Assembly: GCA_965240325.2 (NCBI GenBank)
Contig: OZ251237.1
Span: 806,001-870,000 of the forward strand
Source of the DNA: Rebecca billardiae RCC1528
Taxonomy: Eukaryota > Protista > Haptophyta
Direction of reading: 5' to 3'
Length of the DNA stretch: 64,000 bases
Shown here: positions 32,523 to 41,927 of the stretch, piece after piece
Layout of the letters: every line of letters starts with the position of its first letter
How positions within the stretch are numbered: the first letter of the stretch is position 1
The notes under the pieces: model-generated
Database searches by the model: none
What the model saw: the letters and a program-made list of their open reading frames with translations, nothing else
Told to the model about the DNA's origin: nothing
Made by a program: the position numbers and the translations under genes

Positions 32523-35500
32523 TCACCGACCGCCGAACTGGCGTCGGATGGCGTCGCGCAGGCGCGCGCGCGGTCCGACCTTCAAGCCGAGCTCCTTGAG
32601 ATCCTCGTCGGTGAGGAGCTGCAGGTCGGGCAGCTGCACCTCCTCCGCTGCGAGCGTCGGCAGCAAGTCGCCCAGCGCGTTCGCGTTGAGGAAAGCCGCG
32701 AGGTTGCCCGTGCTTGCGCCGCTCGGCGGCGGTTGAGCGTGCGCGACCGTGGGGCCGCGCGCGGGTGCACCGAAGATGGTTGGCAGCGCGGCGAGCGCGC
32801 CCTCCATCCCCGATGGCTGCGCCGCCTGCCGCCGCATGGGCTCCAGTTGCTTCTCGAGCTCAGCCGCCTGCGCGCGGCACGAGGCGGGAAGCGCGGACGA
32901 GAGAGCGCGGGGGCGATGATGTGAGTCGCGTGCGCGCGCGCGGCGGGGGGACGGGCGGCGCGGTCGGCGCGGCGCCGCGCTGCGCACCCACGCATCGGCG
33001 GAGCGCGGCGTCTCCACATCCGCCGGCGCCGGCGCGGCAGCAGCCGCCCCTTCGGCCGGCTGCCCGGCGGCTCGCGCGCGCTTGGTGCCCGGGCGCGCGG
33101 CGCGCGGTGCCGCCTTGCGCTGCTCCCGCGCGCGCGCGGCGGACTCCGCCGGCTCCGCCGCGCGCTCCTCCAGCGCCGTGATGAGCCAGCCGGTGTCTGG
33201 CTGGCCGCCGCTCGCCCGCGCCGGCGGCTCCGACGCCCGCGCGGCGCGCGGCGTGCCGCCGGCGCCGCCGGCTGGCACTCGGATGGGCGGACTGCCACGT
33301 GCCGGCTGTCGGCCAAAGGACAGCGCCCGCACCAGTCGTCGGACGACGGGCTCGGGCGCGGCGCCCGCGGCGGCGGTGGGCGCGGGCGCGTCCGCCCCGC
33401 CCGCCTCGGCGCGCGAGCCCACGGCCACGCCCGGCTGCCCCAGCGCCACGTCGAACGATCGAAGGTTCTCCAGAATCCGAGCGTCCACCACCCGGGCGAT
33501 GGCGGCATCTTTTCGATAGGACGGGATGGCGGCGAGGCGTCGGCTCGGGGTGCCCGCGCGGGGCCCGTCGGCGGTGCCCGCGCGGCCGCCGAGCGAGGGC
33601 TGCGCGGCGGCGGTGGCGGCGGACGGCGTGCCCGCCCCGCGCCCGCCGGCCGACGGGCGGCCGTCGGCTGGCGGCAGCTCCGCGCGCGCACTCGCCGCGC
33701 CTGCCTTCAGGTCTTGCGTGCGCTGGCGGTCGCGACGGCCGCGCGCCGCCGCCTGCACGCGGCGCGCGGCGTCGGCGGTGGCCGCGCTCGCTCGCTCGGC
33801 GAGGGAGATGCGCTCGGCGCGCGCCTGGCGCAGCTGCTGCGCCGCGTCGCGCGCCCGCAGCCGCCGCGCGGCGGCCTGCAGCGTGACGGCCGCGTCGGCG
33901 CGCTCGCCGCGCTGCCGCGCGATTGCGCGCCGCGCCGCCGCTTGCAGCGAAACCGTCGCGGCCGCGGCCGCGGTGTGCGCGGCGCGCTCGAGAGCGAGCG
34001 CGAGCACGCGGCGCGCGAAGAGCTTGGTGCGGCCGACGCGGTAGAGGCTCGGCTCGACGCCCGCCCGGCGGAGCAGCAGCTCCACCGCCTCGAGCGGCCG
34101 CTCGTGCACCACCACGCGCGCCGCGGGGCACACCGCGCCGAACTCTCGAACCACTTCCGCATGCGGCATTCGGACTGGGAAGCCTGCCCCGTAGATTCGG
34201 GCGATCTCGAGCACGCCCGAGTTGCGCAGCTGCTCGGCGACGAGTGGCCGCTCGAAGAGGGCGGGCTGCCCCGCGGCGTTCGGCTTGACGCAGCGCACGA
34301 AGTGCGACGACGTCGCCTGCACCGTCCCCATCAGCGCGTGCAGGGAGTACCGAAACTTAGCGGACACGGAGCGCCGGCTCGCGGCGCGCGCGCTCGCCGC
34401 CTCGACCGCGGTGCGCGCGCCGCCGCGCCCCGTGCCGCCGCCCTCCGCGAAGAGGGCGGCGAGCAGCGCGTTCGAGCTCGAGCGCAGCAGCGCGCCCATG
34501 TGCTCCGGCAGCGGCTCGCGGTTCTTCGCCACCAGCCCCTTCGCCGAGTACTTGACTTCGCCCGCGTAGTGCAAAACCCCAAAGTCGTGGCCGGAGCCCG
34601 GCGGCGGCAGCCGCAGCCGCGCGTGCGCGCCGAGCGACGCGCGGACTTCGGCCAAGAAGGCTTCGTCCGAGCCGGCGCCGAGGGCGGACTGCGTGTCGAG
34701 CAGCGAGAAGAGGCCAGTCGACGGGCGCTCGAGGAGCGCGATGCAGCCGCTCGCGTCGCCCGCCGCGGCCGCGGTATCCGCCAGCGCCACATCGTCGGCC
34801 ATGCTCCCGGCCGCGCTCGCGCCGTCGAGCCCGCCGCCGCCGTCCGCGTCGGCCGCGCTAAAGCGCTCACTCAGGCCCTCCGCGCGCCACTCGGCGAGCA
34901 GCGCGGCGAGCAGCACGCGGTTGAAGTGGTTCTGCACGCGCTCGTTCGCCGCGTTGATGCACAGCTGCTCGAGCGAGGACGGGCCGTGCCGGAGCGACTC
35001 GAAGCCGAACAAGTCCAGAATCCCAACGAAGCAGCGGCCGGCGCCGGCGGCGCCGCCGCGCGCAGCGCCCGCCGCCGCGGACGGCTGCAGCGACGCGTTC
35101 ACGAGACGCACGACCCAGCCAAAGAGCGCCGCGTACACCGCCTGCGCCGTGCCCACCTGCGCCGCCGCCGCCTGCGCCGGGCTGAGCGGCACGCTCACGA
35201 GCTCGCCGCCGGCGCGCGCGCCGGCGGACGCCGCCGCCGCCGCGCCGCCGCCGCCGCCCGCGTGCACCTCCCGGTGCGTGAGCGCGTGCGCGAGAGGGTC
35301 CCGCTCGACACCGAGCAGCGAGGCGGCGACCGCGACCGAGGCGGCGTGCTCCGCGCCGATGGCCGAGCGCTCGACGCCGTCGCGCGGCGCGGCCGCGCCC
35401 TTCGCCGGCGGCACGGCGCCCTCGTCCGCCTGCTGCTGGCTGACAAACCCGATGTTACCCAGGTAGAGGACCGCAGAGAGAGTGGCCCACAGCAGGCCCA

Positions 35501-36773
35501 GCTGCGCCTCGGGCACGCCGACGCGCGCGAGCGTCGCGCACAGCGCGTCGAAGCGCTCGGCGAGCTCCGGCTCCTCCGCAGCCAGCGCGGCCTCCATCCC
35601 CGCCGCCGCATCCTCTGGGCTCAGGAGCCAGCGATAGAAGCGCGCCGGCTGCGACGGCAGCCGCAGCCGCGCGGCCGCCGCGCGCGCCGCGCACAGCATG
35701 TACAGCGAGTGGAAGTTGCGCTGGCCGGGCTCGCGCCACGCGACGCGCGACGTCTCGAGCAGGTACGTCTCCACGTAAGCGCCTGGGCGCGGATGCGGCG
35801 AGGAGGAGAAGGAGGAGGGGGCTGCGTGAGCGCGGGTGCGCGCGCGCTGCCGCCGCGCCGCTCGCGCCGCGCGCGGGCCCCGTCCCAAAGCCCACCTGAC
35901 ACGCGCGCGGCGGGTGCGTGCAACCCGCGCGGCGCAGGCGGGCGGCGTGAGGCGCCGCAGCGGTGGAGAGAGAGAGAGCCCTGCGGAGGCAGCACGCGCG
36001 TCGCCGCGCGCACCGGTGAGCTGCGCCTGGTCGTCATAGACGAGAACGGTGAACTTGCCGAAGCGCGACGAGTTGGGCGAGACGGCGGAGGTGCGCGCGT
36101 TGCCAAAGGCCTCGAGGAGGAGCGTGGACTCGAGCAGCGTCTGTGCGAGCGCGGCCGTCTTGAGCTCGGGCGCGAGCGCCGACATCGAAAGGAGATGGCT
36201 CTGCAGGAGTCGAGCAGACTCGGTTTTGCCCGAGCCGCTCTCCCCTGTGACGACGATGGTCTGCGAGGCGAGCTCGCCGAGCTCGCAGCCGCGGCGGATG
36301 CCAGCGTACGCGCCGCCCGAGACGCGCCAGATGTGCGCGGGCGCCGCCTCCGTGCCGCCCGGCGCCGCGACGGCGGCGCACGCGCGCGCAACGTCGGCGG
36401 TGTACAGGCTCGGCAGTAGCTTGAGCGGGTTCACGGCCACGAGCAGCTGGTAGCACGAGGTGTAGATGTGGTCGTGCAGAAAGCGCTCGCGGATGGTCTT
36501 GAGGATCGTCTCGTCCGTGATGTTCGGGAGGAGGGTGAGGTCCGACTGCTGCGGGCTGTTGTCGTGCGCGTGGCCGAGAGCCAGGGGAGGAGCGGCCGCA
36601 CCCGCCTGCCGAGCGGGCGGCCGCCGGTCCCACGAGAGAGCGCGCCGACGGGGCTGCGCCTCCGGAGGGGGCTCTGCCGCGGGCTGCCGCCTCCCCCACG
36701 AGAGCGATCGCTGCTGTTGCTGGGCGCCGCCCGGCGGCTGGCGCCCCCACGAAAGTGCCCGCTGCAGCCCCAT
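32523..36773 (-). CDS. Unconventional myosin: motor + 3 IQ + low-complexity tail + C-terminal SAM; in-frame introns
   Basis: LLVAVNP, P-loop GESGSGKTE, EAFGNA..NSSRFGKF, DLFGFE, LEQLCINAANE, HYAGEVKY, HFVRCVKPN and VGRTKLF. IQ-like LQAAARR repeats and a SAM domain follow. Confidence 0.92.
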   Translation of the reverse strand: MGLQRALSWGRQPPGGAQQQQRSLSWGRRQPAAEPPPEAQPRRRALSWDRRPPARQAGAAAPPLALGHAHDNSPQQSDLTLLPNITDETILKTIRERFLHDHIYTSCYQLLVAVNPLKLLPSLYTADVARACAAVAAPGGTEAAPAHIWRVSGGAYAGIRRGCELGELASQTIVVTGESGSGKTESARLLQSHLLSMSALAPELKTAALAQTLLESTLLLEAFGNARTSAVSPNSSRFGKFTVLVYDDQAQLTGARGDARAASAGLSLSPPLRRLTPPACAARVARTRRARVRWALGRGPRAARAARRQRARTRAHAAPSSFSSSPHPRPGAYVETYLLETSRVAWREPGQRNFHSLYMLCAARAAAARLRLPSQPARFYRWLLSPEDAAAGMEAALAAEEPELAERFDALCATLARVGVPEAQLGLLWATLSAVLYLGNIGFVSQQQADEGAVPPAKGAAAPRDGVERSAIGAEHAASVAVAASLLGVERDPLAHALTHREVHAGGGGGAAAAASAGARAGGELVSVPLSPAQAAAAQVGTAQAVYAALFGWVVRLVNASLQPSAAAGAARGGAAGAGRCFVGILDLFGFESLRHGPSSLEQLCINAANERVQNHFNRVLLAALLAEWRAEGLSERFSAADADGGGGLDGASAAGSMADDVALADTAAAAGDASGCIALLERPSTGLFSLLDTQSALGAGSDEAFLAEVRASLGAHARLRLPPPGSGHDFGVLHYAGEVKYSAKGLVAKNREPLPEHMGALLRSSSNALLAALFAEGGGTGRGGARTAVEAASARAASRRSVSAKFRYSLHALMGTVQATSSHFVRCVKPNAAGQPALFERPLVAEQLRNSGVLEIARIYGAGFPVRMPHAEVVREFGAVCPAARVVVHERPLEAVELLLRRAGVEPSLYRVGRTKLFARRVLALALERAAHTAAAAATVSLQAAARRAIARQRGERADAAVTLQAAARRLRARDAAQQLRQARAERISLAERASAATADAARRVQAAARGRRDRQRTQDLKAGAASARAELPPADGRPSAGGRGAGTPSAATAAAQPSLGGRAGTADGPRAGTPSRRLAAIPSYRKDAAIARVVDARILENLRSFDVALGQPGVAVGSRAEAGGADAPAPTAAAGAAPEPVVRRLVRALSFGRQPARGSPPIRVPAGGAGGTPRAARASEPPARASGGQPDTGWLITALEERAAEPAESAARAREQRKAAPRAARPGTKRARAAGQPAEGAAAAAPAPADVETPRSADAWVRSAAPRRPRRPSPRRARARDSHHRPRALSSALPASCRAQAAELEKQLEPMRRQAAQPSGMEGALAALPTIFGAPARGPTVAHAQPPPSGASTGNLAAFLNANALGDLLPTLAAEEVQLPDLQLLTDEDLKELGLKVGPRARLRDAIRRQFGGR

Positions 36774-36894
36774 TGTTGTCGGCGGCGCGCGGGATGACCC
36801 GTTGGTGACGCCGCGAGACCCGCAGTGAAGCTGCACTGAAATTTCCACGTCCGTGATCCGTCCGGTCCGGAATTCGCGCGCGGCCCGCGCGCCG

Positions 36895-37839
36895 ATGATG
36901 GCGGTCCTGCGCCGCGGTGCCGGCGGTCTCAGCCGCGCAGCGCACGTCGTGACACGTGCAAGGGCACTGAGCATCCACGCCGCGATGCGCACCGACGATG
37001 ACCGGCCCACGTTCTTCGATATGCCGCACTCGAACAACGCGGCCCGGATTCGGCTCTGGCTCACGCTCAGCGACCTGCACCACGCCGTGCGCACGGTGCA
37101 CACGACGTATGACGTGCTGCGCAGCGACGAGTACGCCTCGATCAACCCGATGCGCAAGGTGCCCGCGCTCATCGGCCCGCAGGGCAAGCCGCGGTTGTTC
37201 GAGTCCGCCGTGATCCTCAACTATCTCGAGGATGAGTTTGGCGCGCAGGGCGCCATGCAGCTTGTGCCCTCGAGCGCCATCGACCGCGCGCACGCCGCGC
37301 TCCTCGTCCGCGTGCACGACCTCTACATCGCGTCGCCGAACGCGTCGCAGCCGGGCTTCTCGCACACACAGGGCTGCATGTACCTGCCACCGCACCCGAC
37401 AGCCGACTACGCCGCCGAGCGCACGATGGACAGACCGGCGCGCGCCGCCAAGCTCGCCGAGATCTGGAAGCAGCTCGGGTGGCTGGAGAGCACGACGACC
37501 GAGTATGGCGGCGCGTATCTCGGCGGCGCCGAGATCACGCACGCCGATCTGACGTGGTTCCCGACGGCCGTCTTCATGGAGTACATGCTGCCCCGCGTCT
37601 TTGGCTGGTGCCCTGTCTTCCGAGAGTCGACACACTTCCCTGCGCTCGCGCGCTGGTTTGCGCACCTCGAGGATTACACCATCTCGGCGGGCGCGGTGCA
37701 GCAGCGTCCATTCGCGGACGTGCGGGCAACAATCTGGGCCCACTGGGAGCGAGTGGAGGCCAGCGGCCACTTTGACGCCATCCGCAGAGAGATTGACGAG
37801 GACAATGGGGGCAGCGGCTACAAGTGGGCATATCCTTGA
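36895..37839 (+). CDS. Glutathione S-transferase family protein, probable mitochondrial presequence
   Basis: INPMRKVPAL..LFESAVILNYL (GST-N) and YLGGAEITHADL..FPALARW (GST-C). Arg/Ala-rich leader. Confidence 0.9.
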   Translation: MMAVLRRGAGGLSRAAHVVTRARALSIHAAMRTDDDRPTFFDMPHSNNAARIRLWLTLSDLHHAVRTVHTTYDVLRSDEYASINPMRKVPALIGPQGKPRLFESAVILNYLEDEFGAQGAMQLVPSSAIDRAHAALLVRVHDLYIASPNASQPGFSHTQGCMYLPPHPTADYAAERTMDRPARAAKLAEIWKQLGWLESTTTEYGGAYLGGAEITHADLTWFPTAVFMEYMLPRVFGWCPVFRESTHFPALARWFAHLEDYTISAGAVQQRPFADVRATIWAHWERVEASGHFDAIRREIDEDNGGSGYKWAYP

Positions 37840-38248
37840 TAAGGGCAGTGACGATCGCAAGAAGTGCGCCGCTACGACTGCCGCTGACAATGCGAGCGCG
37901 CGGACCCGCCCCCGGACCCGTCTGGTTAGTGGTTAGCGCGGTCCGCCGGGTCGTCGTCCGCGCCGCTGCTGCGGCAGCACTTTGCGTCCGCGCGACTCGT
38001 TACGTGCGCGTCTACAGAGTACAGTACCGACTCTAAATTACTTCTACATCAGGACCAGTAGCATGACTCAGCACGCGGTGGTGACTACTGATGAGCCGAG
38101 CAGAGTCATCAGTCACGGCTAGAGTGAGAAGTCGCCTGCTGCTGCTCGGCCATATGATGCCGGGCCCATCACGGTCCGCCACCGAGTGGGGGCTGTGGGG
38201 ACGAGAAGTCCGCCACCGCCACCGCGAGTGGGGAGACGAGAAGTACTT

Positions 38249-39148
38249 TTAAGAATGGTCCCCATCGAGGAACTCGCGCACGAGCCTTAATGTCGCATCC
38301 GTGTCCTCCGTGTGCACCCAGTGTCCGGCGTCCTTGATCTTTGCGATGGTGAAGGTGGGACAGAACGACGCGATCGCGGGGAGATGGCTCGACTTGAGGA
38401 AAGTCGACTTCCCGCCGGCTATGAAAAAACTCTGGCGCGGGTACTGCACCGATCCATCCGGCTCGTAAGGGAACGACTCGATCTCCCTCATGGCGTCGCG
38501 GATCGCGGGCACGTTGATGCGCCAGTGCCAACCGGCCGACGGCGAGCCATCCATGTTCGTCAGCACGAACGAGCGCATCACCGCGTTGGGCACCGCAGGC
38601 TCGAGCAGCTCGGACGCGTGGTTGCGATCCTCGAGCTGCTCGAGAGGCAGCTCGGCGCATGCGTCGACGATGCTCACGACCTCGGCCCACGCCGCGTTGT
38701 TCGAGGAGGTGTACGTGACCGGCGCGATGTCAAGCACGGCTAGGCTCTCGAACAGCTCTGGGCGGTTGAGCGCGAGCACCATCGCCACCTTGCCCCCCAT
38801 TGAGTGGCCGATCACGGCGCAGCGTTCGATGCCGCGCTCGGTGAGTAGCGCCAGCACGTCGGCGGCCATCTCCTCGTAGCTCATCGTGTCGCTGTGCGGG
38901 CTTTTGCCGTGGTTGCGCAGATCGACCATGATGATCCGCCGCGGGCGCTCCAGCTTCTTCGAGAGGAGCGTCGAGAACCCGAGGAAGTTGCGCGCGGAGC
39001 CGAAGAGGCCGTGGATGATGACGAGCGGCGGCGCTTGCTCGCCCGTGGCGACCTCGATGGTCTGCAGCGGCACCGTGCGCAAGCGCGCAAGCGACGCTAG
39101 ACCTCGCACCTGCGCGCACAATGCTAGCGCCACCAGGCCGCGCATCAT
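38249..39148 (-). CDS. ABHD11: Alpha/beta hydrolase ABHD11/YbfF-type esterase
   Basis: IIHGLFGSARNF, DLRNHGKSPH, nucleophile GHSMGGK, LDIAP and AGHWVH. Confidence 0.9.
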   Translation of the reverse strand: MMRGLVALALCAQVRGLASLARLRTVPLQTIEVATGEQAPPLVIIHGLFGSARNFLGFSTLLSKKLERPRRIIMVDLRNHGKSPHSDTMSYEEMAADVLALLTERGIERCAVIGHSMGGKVAMVLALNRPELFESLAVLDIAPVTYTSSNNAAWAEVVSIVDACAELPLEQLEDRNHASELLEPAVPNAVMRSFVLTNMDGSPSAGWHWRINVPAIRDAMREIESFPYEPDGSVQYPRQSFFIAGGKSTFLKSSHLPAIASFCPTFTIAKIKDAGHWVHTEDTDATLRLVREFLDGDHS

Positions 39149-39336
39149 CGCGGGGCGCGCCCTGGTGCTGCCGCCGTGCAATCGCGCCGTGATCGTCATG
39201 ATTACTGTACGGTCCGGCCTGGCCGCCCGCGGGCCCTCCTGTGCAGGCCATCGTGCGCACACGCAGCAGGGCCCAGTTGGCAAGCCGCCGCTGACTTCCG
39301 AGTCCGACGGCGGCGGCTCGTCCGCCTTCGGGATCC

Positions 39337-40614
39337 ATGGACGACGACGAGGCGCTGCTCAACTCGTCCAAGTACCGCAGCCTGCGGTATGAGTGCGAGG
39401 CCGCGCTCCAGGCCTTCGACAAGGCAGAAGAATGGCCCGATCTGATCAAGTACCTGCAGGTCCGCGCCGTCGCGTCACTCGGTCGCGCGGCGCGCGAGTG
39501 CCGCTCTGACCCGCGGCCGCCGCGCTCCCTGCGCGCCGCGCGCGCGTTTTGTCGGCGCGCCTCGGCGCGCAGCGGCTGCACAAGATCTTCCAGAAGAGCC
39601 CGGAGCCGCTTGTCGTGCCGCACAAGGTGCTCATCGCCAAGCGCCTCGCGCAGTGCCTGCACGCAGGCCTGCCGGCAGGCGTGCACCTAAAGACGCTCGA
39701 GATGTACCAGCTGATCTTTGAGAAGCTCTCGCGCGAGCGGCTGGCGAAGGACATCGCGTTCTACTCGGAGGGGCTGTTCCCGCTGTGCCGCCACGCCTCG
39801 TACGAGGTGAAGCCCTTCCTGCTCGACCTGCTCGAGCGGCACTACACGCCGCTCGGGCTCGCGCTCACGCCGTGCATGTCCGGGCTGGTGCTGTGTCTGC
39901 TGACGGCGCTGGGCGACACGGCGTCGGAGAGCCACGCGCGCGTGATGCAGCTGCTCGACCGCGTGCGCGAGGCCACCTCCACCGAGTGCCTCATGACCTC
40001 GCTCTGGACCTGCCTCCTGCTCAACCCGGAGGTCCGGATGCAGGCGCTCGCGTACGCGCATGCGCGCTTCCCGGCCGCGGCCGAGCCGGAGGACGGCGCG
40101 CAGCAGCCGGCGGCGAGGCGAGCGCCGGTGCTCACGCTCGAGGCGTTCATGCCGCCGCACATCCGCGACACGCTCGTGCTGCGCTCGCTGCTCGCCGCGC
40201 TCGCCGACGAGGACTCGCTCGTGCAGCGGACGACGCTCGAGCTGCTGCTAGCGCACTTGCCGCTGCGCGGCGCGGCGCAGCGGGTGTTTGGCGGCCGCGC
40301 GCTGCGCACGCTGCTCGTGGGCGCGCTCACCGTGCTGCCGATGCGCGAGTGGGCGCTCACGCGCCGCGTGTTCCAGTGGCTCACCGCCGTGCGCGCCGAC
40401 CTCGGCGTCGGCCCGGCCGCGCGCGCCGCGCCGACGCTCGAGGGACCCGTCACGCTCATCTTTGGGGACGCGCTTCGCGAGCTCTTCTCGAGCGCGCACT
40501 CGGCCGCGGCGCGCGTGCTCGCGGCGGAGGGCAGCGCGGACGACGACGTCGAGGGCGTGCGCGCGGGCGGTGGCGGCGCGAGCGGCGACGGCGGGCAGCT
40601 GCCGCCGCCTGTCG

Positions 40615-40648
<34 letters not shown>

Positions 40649-41894
40649 GCTGAGTGGCGGCGGCGCCGACGCGGCGCGCGCGGCCGCGCTGAGCGACACG
40701 ATCCACCGCCCGATCCTCACGCTGATCGCCGCGCTGGAGGACCCGGTCCTGTGCGCGAGCGTGCGCGAAGACACGCGGCTCATCGCCGTCGCGCTCGCGT
40801 GGGCGTGCCGCTGGCAGCTGAGCGTGACGCCCATGGCACCGCTGCTCGCGCAGCTTGGCGAGAGCCCGCTGTGGCGAGCGGTCGAGGGACTCGCCGACGC
40901 GCTGTGCGACGCGGACGTGAGCCAGCTCGCGGCGGACTCGCACGTCGAGATGCCGTCCCGCGCGCACGCGCTCCCGCCGGGCGGCGCGCCGCCCGGCGGC
41001 GCGGGCCCGCTCGCGCTCGCGCCGCTCGCCGCCGCGCCCTCCAGGCGGGTGCACGGCCCGCGCCCGTCGCGCGCGGCTGCGCAGATGCTGCTGATCTCGA
41101 GTGCGCTCGAGCTTGTCGTGCCGAGCTGCGCGGAGCGCGCGCGTGCGCGGCTGCCCGTGCTCGTGCACAACCTCGCGCGGCGGATGGTCACGCGCGCCAT
41201 CGCCGCGCGCGCCTTTGCGATCGTGCGGCGCGCGCTCGCGCTCATCACAGAGCTACACGTCTGCTACCAACGGCTTGAACTGAACGACAGCGATGGCGGC
41301 GGCGGCGGCGGCGGCGAGTGCGACGACGCCCAGGCGAGCGCGAGCGGGGAAGGCGGCGCGGCCGCGCCCGCCGCGGCCGACGGCGCCGACGGGCGCAGCG
41401 CGCCGCCGCCGCTGCGCACGCCGTCGGCCGAGGCCGGGCGTGCCGTCGTGCTCTGGCCGCCTGCCGTCGCGGCCGCGGTGAGTGACACCCACTGCGGGCT
41501 CAGCGGCAGGCTCCTGCTCGACTCTGCGGCGGACGGCGCCAGGGCGCCACGCGGCGCGGAGCTCGCGACGCTCGGCGCGGCCTCGCGGCTGCTCGAGTCG
41601 CTCGTCCTCGGCACAGTCCTGCAGCCGGTGGCACCACTCCCGCCGACCGATGCGGTGTGCTACGATGCCGACACCGCGCGTGCGCCCCTGCCGTTGTCGC
41701 CCACGCTCGCGGCGAGCGCGCCCGGAGACTCGCGCGGCCCGACGGAGCAGCCCCACGGCCCGGGCGCGGCGGACGAGGCGGCCGCGGTCGCCCCGAGCCT
41801 TCTCGCGGACATGACGGCGGTGGATCTCTCGCGCGGACTCGGCGCGGTCGGCGCGGCCGCGCCCCCGATGCGCTGGGCGGAGGTGGAGGACGAG

Positions 41895-41927
<33 letters not shown>

